A stretch of 63,153 nucleotides of DNA, filler included, from Octopus bimaculoides (Eukaryota): NCBI RefSeq assembly GCF_001194135.2. It is 6 parts of 6 records of this genome, joined end to end, with 100 filler letters (N's around TTAATTAATTAA, not from the genome) between each part and the next. Parts side by side here need not be neighbours in the genome. Positions count along the whole stretch, not along the records: positions 1 to 3,792 come from NC_068982.1; positions 3,893 to 24,063 come from NC_068987.1; 4 more parts are not named here. One strand, given 5' to 3'. Made by a program: the position numbers and the translations under genes. Below, one piece after another: positions 1-11,542 of the stretch (position 1 is its first letter; each line of letters starts with the position of its first letter). Below the pieces are notes generated by a model. It was not told where the DNA came from and made no database searches. It was given only the letters and a program-made list of their open reading frames with translations.

Positions 1-82
1 TCTTGAGATATTGGAAACAACACATTATTTGCGATACACCATTAATAAGAATTTACATTTCCAGAATATAGTAATATACTAA

Positions 83-170
<88 letters not shown>

Positions 171-172
171 CA
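83..172. repeat. (AAT)n then (GAT)n microsatellite
   Basis: Direct reading of the sequence. Confidence 0.95.
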
Positions 173-654
173 ATTCTGGTTTTGTTTTGTGCTGCTACTC
201 GAAGCTGCAGCTTTGGAAGTTAGTTACTGAAAATGAAGTGAGACACGACGAAAGCTTCAGTAAAATCATGTTAGTAAAATCTCGAAAGTGAGATTAAATA
301 ACAAATCCGCAGCAAATATCTGAAACCTAATAGTTGCTAACCATCTGGAGGTGGTGGTGAATGTATTGTTAGGGTATCAGATGGGCTGCCCATTGGTATC
401 TATTTCACATCGGTGTGCTCTGCGTTTATAATCGTGCCTGGACCATTATTATCGTTTAGTAACTTCTTACGGGTGGATTAATAGCTACCGCCCAACTCGC
501 TTGCCGAACCTCCCACCCTCAGCATCACCACTGCCAAAAGAAAATTATCGATTTTTCTTTCTTTTTTGTTTTTTTTGTTACATTGTGAATCTATGTCCTT
601 ACTGACTATAGACAATCTAAAGTGACAAAGCACTCGATAGATAATCGCGGTGAG

Positions 655-672
655 AATGATGATGATGATGAC

Positions 673-736
<64 letters not shown>

Positions 737-1267
737 GTGATGATGGTGATGATGGTGATGACGACGACGACGACGGCAACAACGACAACGTAGAGGAGGG
801 GGAGGGNNNNNNNNNNNNNNNNNNNNNNNNNNNNNNNNNNNNNNNNNNNNNNNNNNNNNNNNNNNNNNNNNNNNNNNNNNNNNNNNNNNNNNNNNNNNNN
901 NNNNNNNNNNNNNNNNNNNNNNNNNNNNNNNNNNNNNNNNNNNNNNNNNNNNNNNNNNNNNNNNNNNNNNNNNNNNNNNNNNNNNNNNNNNNNNNNNNNN
1001 NNNNNNNNNNNNNNNNNNNNNNNNNNNNNNNNNNNNNNNNNNNNNNNNNNNNNNNNNNNNNNNNNNNNNNNNNNNNNNNNNNNGAGGAGGGGGATTATGA
1101 TGCCTACGACGACGCCGACAGCGACGACAACGTTAACAACGACGACGATGGCGACGACTACGACGGCGGCGATGACTCCGGCGACCACAGCGACGATGAT
1201 GACAACGTCATCCACGACGACCTCGACAATGACGATGCTGCTGATGACGATGATGATCACGATCACC

Positions 1268-1304
<37 letters not shown>

Positions 1305-1305
1305 A
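655..1305. repeat. (GAT)n/(GAC)n low-complexity tract spanning an N gap; not a coding region
   Basis: Trinucleotide runs give poly-D/V/T ORFs on both strands. Confidence 0.9.
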
Positions 1306-2244
1306 CCATTGAAGTAACTGCAGCTGCCCTCTATTTCTGGGGACAAGCAACATCAGAAACAACCCGTGCTGCTCTATATGTCAAGAGGACCTAGGTACTC
1401 GCTGGTAGCATCGACAGCGCTCGGTATTCCTGCAAAGCCAGGCTCTTGACGATCCAGTCCTGAGATACCACAAAATCGTTGAGAAGGGAACGTCCCGCAG
1501 TGAAAGCTCAACGTAAATTGCAGTGTTGCATACTGATCCTTTTTATTATTTACTCTATCTGACAGAATATTGCTTTTTGCGTATGAAGGCCGACTCTAAC
1601 GTTATCTAAGCAGTAGACAGACAGGCTATGATAGTCTGACATTTTGGATCAATTGTTACGTTTTGAGACGCTAGTAGGTCTTCATATAGTAAGCCAACTT
1701 GGTGATTTTTTTACTCTTGTTTTTCATTTGTTTTTGTTTGTTCTATTTTTGTAGTTGTGTTTTTGGGGAGTTTTTTTTATTTTTTTATCAAATTAAATTT
1801 GCAAAGACTTCGTAAGTACTTTCTTGGTGTTTCTGTAAGAAGTTCCAATAATTAATCGATATCAAAGAACGCTATTTCTGTGCTCCATTAATATTTTATA
1901 TATTTCCAGATATGTTTTAGCATTTCGACGTCGTCGTCATGGTCGTGGTCATCGCTGTCATCATCATCATTCTTTTCCTACTTTTACTTCTATTTCTCCT
2001 CTTCTCTCGCTTTCCCTCCCCTTCTTCTTCTTCCTACCTTCTAATGGCCTGCTATCCTCTCACTTTCTCTCCCTCTCTCTCACTCACTCTCTCTCTCTCT
2101 ATCTTTCTCTCTCACTCTCGATTTCTCCGACTTCTCCTTTTACCTCTCATCATTTCTATTGCCGGCATTTCATTTCCACTCTCTTATCAACAAATCCTCT
2201 TGTGATCATGAAACTCCGCTCCGCTTGTCTCCAATGTCTACCGT

Positions 2245-2290
2245 CCGACTGACGAATATTTAAAGCAAAGTCGAAATCTGAGTATTCATT
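2245..2290 (+). ncRNA. Decayed hammerhead-like motif
   Basis: CTGACGA (2249-2255) ... C-GAAA-tctga-GTA; stem II eroded to about 3 bp. Confidence 0.3.
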
Positions 2291-2423
2291 CGCCTACGGA
2301 ATAAAGACAAGAAACTGCTAGTATTGACTCACGCTGACTCAGCCTCCAATAAATACATGTCATTCCATTCTAGCTTATACGTTTTCGTTAAATGGTAACT
2401 CATGCAAGTGTTAGCCCATAATC

Positions 2424-2454
<31 letters not shown>

Positions 2455-2458
2455 TGTG

Positions 2459-2787
2459 AAGGAGCATGGTTCAGTGGTTAAAACGTCTGGCTTACAAGCA
2501 TGAGGTAATGAGAGCGATTCCAGGACCGTCTGTTGTGTTTTTCAGCAAGACACTATATTTCACGTTGCTTCAGTTCACTCAGCTGTAGAAATGAGTTGCG
2601 ATGTCGCTGATACCAAGCTGTATCGGCATTTGCCTTTTACCTTGGATAACATCGGTGGTGTGGAGAGGGAAGGCTGGTATGCATGGACGACTGCTGATCT
2701 TCCATAAACAAGCTTGCTCAGACTTATGCCTCAGAAGGTACCTTTCTAGGTGCAATCCCGTCGTCATTCATGACCGAAGAGGGTCTT
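2459..2787 (+). mobile_element. tRNA-derived SINE with CORE-like central domain
   Basis: A-box-like TGGTTCAGTGG head; cagcaagacactatatttcacgttgcttcagttcactcagctgtagaaatgag core; same family at 15050-15378 (-) and 51470-51825 (+). Confidence 0.85.
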
Positions 2788-2846
2788 TGTATGTATGTAT
2801 GTATGCATTTATCTATCTATCAATGTACACACACACGTACACACGA

Positions 2847-2916
<70 letters not shown>

Positions 2917-3473
2917 ATATGTATACATACACACTCAAACACACGCACACACACACACGCACGCACACACACATACGCATGCACACACACATATATTAAT
3001 GACAAAAGAACGGGATTCATGTAATCAATATCATTAGATTATAACTATTTCAGTTATAACAAACATCGAATCTACAGCTAAGTGCTTCTGCTTGTTATAG
3101 CAGAAACAGCTGTAAGCAAACGAAGGATGTTACGTGACTATCTGCATCTTGTCATTCATTAATTGAAGATACAATCTGTATATTCCAGCACTAAATCATC
3201 CGGGCAAGTCTGAAGCATATAGAAAATTTGAAGGATACAGAAACAAAGTGCATGGCATTGACAAACCGGAAAAAAACGGCGAGATCCGCATGTCTCTCTA
3301 GCCCTGAAGAATATTGTGCTTTAATCCAACATGTCTGTCAATGGATCATATCACAGACGACCACTGCAGCTAAGAAATAAGCTATCAGATTTGAAGCCAG
3401 TTTGAACAGTACCAAACACGAAACTCTCGGCACGCAGGCTACTCTTCTAACTTTGTAGAATAAAAAATACAAA

Positions 3474-3477
<4 letters not shown>

Positions 3478-3517
<40 letters not shown>

Positions 3518-3722
3518 ATAGACACAGACAAACAGGCAGGCAGGCAGGCAGATCGATAGATAGGTAGACAGACAGCCACACAGGTAGACAGACAAACAAA
3601 CAGATAGAGAGACAGACAGACGGACAGACAGACGGTCAGACAGGCAGACGGACAGACGGACAGACGAACACGTGGACAAACAGACAGACAGACAGACAGA
3701 CAGATAGATAGATAGATAGATA
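3478..3722. repeat. (GATA)n/(GACA)n compound microsatellite
   Basis: Direct reading. Confidence 0.9.
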
Positions 3723-3792
3723 ACTTTCTTTTATTAGCCACACAGAGCTGCACGCAGAGGGGACAGATACAACTGTTGAGCTTTTCTTTAAA

Positions 3793-3892
3793 NNNNNNNN
3801 NNNNNNNNNNNNNNNNNNNNNNNNNNNNNNNNNNNNTTAATTAATTAANNNNNNNNNNNNNNNNNNNNNNNNNNNNNNNNNNNNNNNNNNNN
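3793..3892. other. Assembly placeholder: N44-TTAATTAATTAA-N44 (100 bp, gap of unknown size)
   Basis: Same 12-mer, with stops in all six frames, embedded in Ns at 3837, 24108, 36170, 48684 and 61380. Confidence 0.95.
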
Positions 3893-3903
3893 TATATATA
3901 TAT

Positions 3904-3954
<51 letters not shown>

Positions 3955-3972
3955 TATATATATATATATATA

Positions 3973-4107
3973 TGATGGGTTCTTTCAGTTTCTGTCTACC
4001 AAAATCACTCATGAGGCTTTGGTTGGCCTCAGGCTATAGTAGAAAACACTTGCCCAATGAGCCAAGTTGTGAGACTGAACCAAGAACCATGTGGTTAGGA
4101 AGCAAGT
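3973..4107 (-). mobile_element. tRNA-derived SINE 5' half (family B)
   Basis: ttctttcagtttctgtctacc...gaaccatgtggtt; matches 4668-4820, 16165-16315 and 44100-44208. Confidence 0.8.
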
Positions 4108-4199
4108 TGAGTTGGTGCAGATATAAGAGTGCAGGGAAATGATACTCAGTAATCCTTTTGATATCATAATTTTTTTTTGAAACACACACTAACTTTTTC

Positions 4200-4393
4200 C
4201 TTCATTTTTACTTGTTTTAGTTATTAACCTGCAGTCAATGCTGGGGCATCACCTTGAAGAATTTTAATCAAACAAATCAATCCCAGTACTTAATTGTTTT
4301 TTAAGCTTTGTACTTATTCTAACAATCTCCCATTCAAAACCACTAAATAACCTAACACCTGTTGTCAAGTAGTGTAGGAGATAAACATGGACA

Positions 4394-4443
<50 letters not shown>

Positions 4444-4465
4444 TATCTGTCTATCTATCTATCTA

Positions 4466-4512
<47 letters not shown>

Positions 4513-4625
4513 TCATCATCATCATCATCATCATCGTTTAACGTCCGCTTTCCATGCTAGCATGGGTTGGACGATTTGACTGAGGACTGGTGAAACCGGA
4601 TGGCAACACCAGGCTCCAATCTAAT

Positions 4626-4657
<32 letters not shown>

Positions 4658-4820
4658 CACACACACAATGGGTTTCTTTCAGTTTCTGTCTACCAAATCC
4701 ATTCGCAAGGCTTTGGTTGAAGGCTTTAGTAGAAAACACTTCCCCAAGGTGCCACTTAGTAGGAGTGAACCTGGAACCATGTGGTTGAGAAACAAGCTTC
4801 TTACGACATAGCCATGCCTG
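4200..4820 (-). mobile_element. Family-B SINE interrupted in its internal microsatellite by an RTE 3' end
   Basis: 3' half 4200-4400 and 5' head 4668-4820 are collinear with the full copy at 15866-16320. Confidence 0.8.
4511..4625 (-). mobile_element. RTE LINE 3' end, 5'-truncated, with (ATG)n tail
   Basis: (cat)n-cgtttaacgtccgctttccatgctagcatggg; same as the 3' end of the RT-bearing copy at 11563-12852. Confidence 0.85.
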
Positions 4821-5214
4821 AAAATAATGAAAAATTTAGTAAAATGATTTATCATTAATAAGCTAGTGTTTGGAATATAAACCACCATGAAATTTTGATA
4901 AAAGGTTTTCATTTAACCTTTAGCACTTTGCATATTTTCTAGAATTGCTTCCCCTGCCATAGCCCTGTTACTAGAGGAGAGAAAACTCATACAGTGATAT
5001 AATGCCCCTACAGTGTGCTAAAGACTAAGTCACTTTAAAATAGGAAGTTTTCCTCAGAGAACTTGGGGGTGGTGTCAGAGAGAATAATATCAAATGTGTT
5101 AAATGTCTAGTTCTATGATGATTCAAATTACAAATAAGTCTGCTTAACCATTTTTTCTTTTTCTTTTTTGCTTCCATGACTCATTCTTCCAGGACTTCCA
5201 CAATGAATCTTTTC

Positions 5215-5432
5215 CTTTACCTTTTACTTCTTTCAGGCATTGGACTGCAACCATGCTTGGGTACTACCTTGAAAATTTTTAGTCAAATGAATTGACCCCT
5301 AGTACTTCTTTTTTCAAGTCTGGTACTCATTCTATCAGTCTCTTATGCCAAACCACTAAGTTATGATGGTGTAAGCAAACCAACACTGGTTGTCAATGAA
5401 TGGTTGTGGACAAACACAAAGACACACACACA
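5215..5432 (-). mobile_element. Family-B SINE 3' half
   Basis: cattggactgcaaccatgct...ccactaagtta...cacaaagacacac; matches 15866-16090. Confidence 0.75.
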
Positions 5433-5482
5433 TAAAGTTACACATAGATACAAATATATATATTTGTGTATATACATATAGA

Positions 5483-5682
5483 TCATCATCATCGTTTAAC
5501 GTCCGCTTTCCATGCTAGCATGAGTTGGACAATTTGACTGAGGACTGGTGAAACCGGATGGCAACACCAGGCTCCAATCTGATTTGGCAGAGTTTCTACA
5601 GCTGGATGCCCTTCCTAACACCAGCCACTCAGAGAGTGTAGTGGGTGCTTTTACGTGTCACCCGCACGAAGGCCAGTCAGGT

Positions 5683-5685
<3 letters not shown>
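5483..5685 (-). mobile_element. RTE LINE 3' end
   Basis: Same 3' UTR and (CAT)n tail as 11563-11694. Confidence 0.85.
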
Positions 5686-5778
<93 letters not shown>

Positions 5779-5843
5779 CACACATACACATATATATATA
5801 TATAGATACATACATACATACATACATATTTAAAGAAAGATAG

Positions 5844-5972
5844 TTATGGCTGGTCATAGTGTTACCCAGGGTTTCGCATCCACATAGCGCTTAGGTTTAC
5901 ATATGTCTTGTCAGACCCTATTAAGTTCTTTATGGATGTGAAACCCTGGGCAACTCTATGAACCAGCCATAA
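5844..5972. mobile_element. Short MITE-like inverted repeat, ~43-bp arms
   Basis: ttatggctggtcatagtgttacccagggtttcgcatccacata (5844-5886) pairs with tatggatgtgaaaccctgggcaactctatgaaccagccataa (5931-5972), few mismatches. Confidence 0.8.
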
Positions 5973-6062
5973 TTATCTTTCTCTAAATACTCTACTGCTC
6001 TATTACTAAGAGTGTGCTTCTCTTTCAGATTTATGATGTACTGATGATATACAAATATATAT

Positions 6063-6728
6063 AAGTAATGTTCATAGCCATTTCAACATGGCTGTCCATT
6101 CTAACACACTTTACTCCAATTTTTTAACCCCAAGAGGACATCTCCTCTGGCTGGTTAATGATGCACAGCTGCATCCAAGATATTTTGAGCAAGGGAGTGA
6201 ACCCCTACCACCTTCAAGTGATGAGATAAGCAGACCAGCCTGGTTTCAGGCTATTTCTGTCTCTCTACAGTACTGGACACCTCATCTGCTAGAGATGGCA
6301 ATTGCTCACAATATATATAATTTCAAGCAACATACAGTCACTGATATTGCAACAAGCAAAAATGCTTAGTTCTAAAATCACTCTAAAAGATCAATGCAGT
6401 AGTTGTACTAACAAGTGATGTTTGTAGCCACTTCAACATGGTTGTCCATTTGAATGGACTTCACTGCGATTTTTTAACTCCAAGAGGACATCTCCTCAGA
6501 TGAGGAGGATATCTTGGATGCATCTGTGCATCATTACCTAACTAGAGATGTCTTCTTGGGGTTAAAAAAACCACAGTAAAGTCCATTCAAATGGACAGCC
6601 ATGTTGAAGTGGCTATGAACATTACTTGTCAGTACAACTACTGAATTAATCTCTTAAAGAGATTTTAAAACTAGCACTTTTGCATGTTGCAAAATCAGCA
6701 ACTGTATCACTTGAAATTATATATATTG
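6063..6728. repeat. Three-copy foldback: ~185-bp inverted arms plus an extra direct partial copy
   Basis: 6309-6494 is the reverse complement of 6545-6728; 6063-6187 repeats the inner part and also pairs with 6507-6635. Confidence 0.85.
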
Positions 6729-6779
6729 CAAGCAGAAGTAAGCTACTGCTATCTCTACCAGACTCGGTTTTTGTTGTTT

Positions 6780-9700
6780 TTTGAAGAATACTAAGCAGAT
6801 TTTTGTGCGAAGCCACCATCGTTGGGTGGAAGTGAATAATGGAAGAAAAGAAGAGTTATGCAGAAGCTACTGGAGACCGAGGTGCTATAGACCCACATGT
6901 GCTGAAGCCGAAGAGGATGGAGTGGAATGAGGAGAAATTGCAGCATCAGGGTTGCTTTAACAAACCCCAAACCAACGAAGTTGTAGTGCTTATAACAAGT
7001 CTCAATGGGTGTGCTTCAAACCGTGATATTGTTCTTGAATGGCATGACTCGTGCCTTCAAAAAATAAATGAACTTCATCCTGCTTATGATGCCCTCCAAT
7101 ATCCATTACTGTTCCTCTATGGTGACGATGGCTACTGCATTGACTTGATAAAGTTTAATCCAGAAAACATTAATGCATCTTCAACCACAGCAAACCATTT
7201 AACAAATGGAATTTTATGCATTTCAGCTTATGGTTCACAACAATGACATCAACATTCTTCGTAGAACATGGATGGTCCTCAATCAATAGTGTGTAGACAT
7301 ATTTGCTAAGGTAGATATTTCTTATTTTATGATTTCGTTCAGAAAATTTCCTTAGTCACGTCACTAACTATTTACTCCACACATTTCTTCCCTAACCAGA
7401 CTGACACCAAACACCTCCAATGGATAAGACACCATCAAAAGGAATTGTATACAGAAGAATATAGCATTCTTCGTGATGAAGTGAACCGAAATGATCAGGT
7501 TGTTGCTTTGAATATAGAACGTTCTGTCAGTCTCCCATCATCATACACTGGAGACCCCCAGTACATGCATGAAAAAATGTAGGATGTTCTCACTTATGTC
7601 TGCAACTGTAGCTATCTAGATTTTTTCATCACCTTCACTGGTAATCCAAAATGGGTTGACATGCAGTTCCACTTACTTCATGGCCAAAATCCTCTAGATC
7701 GACATGATGTCACATCTAGAGTGTTTCATCTGAAGTCAATGAAAATGATGGACATTGAAAACACAGATATATTTTTGGACTATTATGATGATTCATATAT
7801 ATTGTAGAATGGCAGAAGAGAGGACTCCCTCATGCCCATATCCTCATCTGGTTTCAAAACAAACTCATGTCAATGGATATCGACTCTGTTATCAGTACTG
7901 AACTGCCAAATTCCCAAGAAGACCCAGTCCTTTTTGAAATCATAAAAGCCAGCATGATTCATGGCCAGTGTGGCCACCTAAATCCAAGGTCTGCATGAAG
8001 GGACAATGGGAGGTATACAAAGCGTTACCCACATGAACTAATTCATGACACCCACACTGGTGATGACGGCTATCCTTTATACTGTCACAGGGCACCACAG
8101 GAGGGTGGACATACAACAACAATAAAAACGGTTGGTGGTCAAGAATTGAATGTTGACAACAAATGGGTGGTACCACATAACAAGATGCTTTGTAAAATGT
8201 TTTCAGTCCACATTAACATTGAATTCTGCAACTCTGTGAAATCAATTCAATACATCTGCAAGTATGTACATAAGGTAGCAGATCGAGCAGTTACTGAGTT
8301 GGCTAAGGCTGGCGACCCTGATGCCACCACAGATGAGGTCACATTTTTCCAAACTAGACACTATATCTCTACTAATGAGGCATTTCGGCGCATATTCAGT
8401 TTTCCAATCCATGAATGTGAACCTATAGTTATACATCTCAGTGTTCATTTGGAGAATGGGAAATGGGTGTATTTTAATCAAAAATTTATACTTGACTGTG
8501 CAAATCAACCTGAAAGAGCGACCCTGACCGGTTTCTTTGAATTTTGCACTTCAGACTCTTTTGCCAGAAGACTTCTTTATGTGGAGTTGCCTACATTCTA
8601 CACATGGAATAAATCTTCCTGCTGTTGGCAAAAAAGAAAGTGAGAACGCATTTCAGAAAGGGATTTGTTGATGCGTGAATCTGATACTCTCTCAAGAGTG
8701 TACACAGTTCACCCACTTAACTCAGAATGCTTTCACCTGCGTCTTCTGTTGCACGTTGTGAAAGGTCCAGGTTCCTTTCCAGACCTTTGTACCATGAATG
8801 GCCATATTTGTTCAACCTTCAAAGAGGCCTGCTCCAAATTAGGACTTCTTGATAACAATGACCATTATGACCACACCCTCCAAGAAGCATCAATGTTGCA
8901 GTCCCTCATTGCTCTTCATAAACTTTTCACCATTATGCTGGTGTACTGCAGTCTTGCGAATCCACAATCTTTCTGGGAGAAATATCGTGACAGCATGTGC
9001 TTGGACATCTTTATGCAATCTCACTACACATCAACAGACATGACTTTACAGTTTAGACCTGCAACGTACAACCGTGGCCTTCTACTCCTAGAAGATACCA
9101 TTTTGGAAATGAGTGATCATCCCTTGAACAGCTACTGTATTGAATCCCCATACAAAGAAAATGAGGTGCTTTGTAACCAGTACTTACTAAGGGAGACATG
9201 CTACAACACTGCCAGGCTTCTATCCTATGTTGAAGAAAGAGAAAAACTTTTGAATCCTGAACAAGCTGTTGCCTATAATTCTATTTTGACAATGCTTGAA
9301 GACACCACCGGTGGCATCCTCTTCTTTGATGCACCAGGTGGTACAGGAAAGACATTTCTCCTTCCTCAACCTCCTTCTTGCCAAAGTGGACAGATTGCCA
9401 TTGCAATGGTGTCTTCAAGAAAAGCATCAACACTGCTAGATTGTGGCAGAACAGTTCATTCAACATTTAAGCTTCTATTTAACATCAGCCATGTTGAAAA
9501 TCCTACAACGAATATAAACAAGAATTCTGATGAGGCAGTTGTCTTTCAAAAGTGCAAACTGATTGTCTGGGACAAGGCAACAATGTCCCACAAGAATGCA
9601 CTTAATGCAATCAACACAATGTTACAAGACCTGTGCTCAAACTCCAAACTGTTCGGAGGCATTGTTATTCTTCTTGCTGGGAACTTTTGTCAAACCCTTC

Positions 9701-11051
9701 CTATTATTCCAAAAAGCACACCAGCTGATGAATTAAATGCTTGCCTTAAAATTCTCATCTTTGGTGCTCTGTCCAGTCGAGAATATTAATCATAAACATG
9801 CATTCCATTCTCCACCAACAAGTTGATAACAATTCCTTTGCTTCAAAGTTATTGGATGTCGGTAATGAGAGTTTACCACTCGACATAAACCGTTTGGCTG
9901 ACATAAGCACCATCAGTAACTATATCTCCAGCCCTGAGGAGCTATGCAGTTTACTCCAACCTTTCTACCAATTACATAATTCATGAATGGATGTGTGAAA
10001 GAGCCATCTTAGTTCCAACAAATGCCACCGTCCATGCCCTAATCACATGTCTGCTTCATCAACTTCCTACCCAAGGGCAATGCTATGCTTAGGTTGATTC
10101 AGTTACTGATCCAACACAAGTGTTATTTTTCCCAACAGAGTTTTTAAACTCACAAGAACCATCGAGATTGCTACTGCATAAACTAAGCCTTAAACTTGAT
10201 TGTCCTATTATACTCTTGAGGAATTTGGAGCCTCCTTGGCCTTGCAACGGCATACATTTGGCTGTTAAGCAAATGTTTGATAACATTTTCGAAGCCACAA
10301 TCATCACAGGAAAAGGCACTGGCAAGTCTGCTTTTATTCCCCGAGTTCCACTTATTCTGACTGACTGTGTCTTTGTGATGAAAAGAGTTCAATTCCTCAT
10401 TCAATAAAGCTTTGCTATGACCATTAACAAAACCCAAGGTCAGTGGTTGGGCTGAACCTCAGTACACCTTGCTTTTCACAAGAACAGCTGTACATGGGGT
10501 ATTCCAGAGTTGGAAACTCGGCCAATCTCTTCTACAATGCTCCTGAAAGATTGACAAAGAAACATAGTTTACAATAGATTTTCCATTGAGTTGAAATCCT
10601 CTTCAGTTTGGCCTTTATTGTGCTTATTTATTCCTCACGGTAGGTTATGTTAATCTTCCAACAAATGCCTGTTGTTAAAGTCAAGCATTTTTTCATTTCA
10701 ATGCACAGCTTCCTAAATGCCTCAGATAATTTCATATTGCAATCAAACATATTTCTTACAGATTGCCTTCATGTCCATAGAAATGTCATGTATGCTTTTT
10801 GTACTGATTCTTCAGCCATCCTGTCAATTAAACAGCATTCCAAATGATAATTTTCCATATTTTCACATTTAATACCCGATATTTGCAAATAAGACATGTT
10901 CCTTTTTGAATACCACTTATGTTTAATTTAACGTCTCAACTATGTCAAATAATCCTCAAGTTTAAGCATAGACAGAAGTAGAATTACACTATTTTAGACT
11001 CCAGTTCTATCACGAACTTATGCTATCCAATGGACAGTGGGCATTTGCTAG
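6780..11051 (+). mobile_element. Decayed Helitron (RepHel: HUH Rep + PIF1 helicase) with stops and frameshifts; 5' boundary approximate
   Basis: YDALQYPLLF; motif 1 FITFTGNPKW; motif 2 VEWQKRGLPHAHILIW (7801-7851); motif 3 IQYICKYVHK; Walker A DAPGGTGKT; FGGIVILLAGNFCQTLP; FAMTINKTQGQ; 3' end gggcatttgCTAG|T at 11048-11051. Confidence 0.95.
7311..7399 (+). other. 89-nt GT-AG spliceosomal-type intron inside Helitron Rep
   Basis: AAG|gtagat...CACTAAC (7362-7368)...tttcttccctaaccAG|act; removal joins VDIFAK to TDTKHLQWIRHHQKELYTEEYSILRDEV in frame. Confidence 0.7.
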
Positions 11052-11076
11052 TAATTATAGATATATAATATATATT

Positions 11077-11110
<34 letters not shown>

Positions 11111-11467
11111 GGAAAAATTCAATTGTCACTAAATGTGACTAAGAATGCCAANNNNNNNNNNNNNNNNNNNNNNNNNNNNNNNNNNNNNNNNNNNNNNNNN
11201 NNNNNNNNNNNNNNNNNNNNNNNNNNNNNNNNNNNNNNNAATTTTCCATATTTTCACATTTAATACCCGATATTTGCAAATAAGACATGTTCCTTTTTGA
11301 ATACCACTTATGTTTAATTTAACGTCTCAACTATGTCAAATAATCCTCAAGTTTAAGCATAGACAGAAGTAGAATTACACTATTTTAGACTCCAGTTCTA
11401 TCACGAACTTATGCTATCCAATGGACAGTGGGCATTTGCTAGTAATTATAGATATATAATATATATT

Positions 11468-11501
<34 letters not shown>

Positions 11502-11542
11502 GGAAAAATTCAATTGTCACTAAATGTGACTAAGAATGCCAA
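10849..11542. other. 303-bp exact duplication flanking an 88-N gap; probably an unmerged contig overlap
   Basis: 10849-11151 appears identical to 11240-11542, including the (TA)n length. Confidence 0.85.

Noticed and set aside
478-1362. Long ORFs (poly-V/D/T) and the similar YI/CV/TH/M/S-rich ORFs throughout the track
   Set aside because: They are translations of microsatellites and N runs
1405-1590. Minus-strand open frame ...GFAGIPSAVDATSEYLGPLDI* (hemopexin-like)
   Set aside because: No start, weak splice signal, and similarity limited to about 8 residues
2459-2530. tRNA genes at SINE heads
   Set aside because: No complete cloverleaf; each runs into a SINE body
3837-3848. Recurrent TTAATTAATTAA palindrome (5 copies)
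   Set aside because: Always embedded in Ns (44+12+44 where counted); an assembler gap spacer
10849-11542. Tandem duplication of the Helitron 3' end as rolling-circle read-through
   Set aside because: Copies look identical including the (TA)n length, include non-Helitron flank and border a gap; unmerged overlap is more likely
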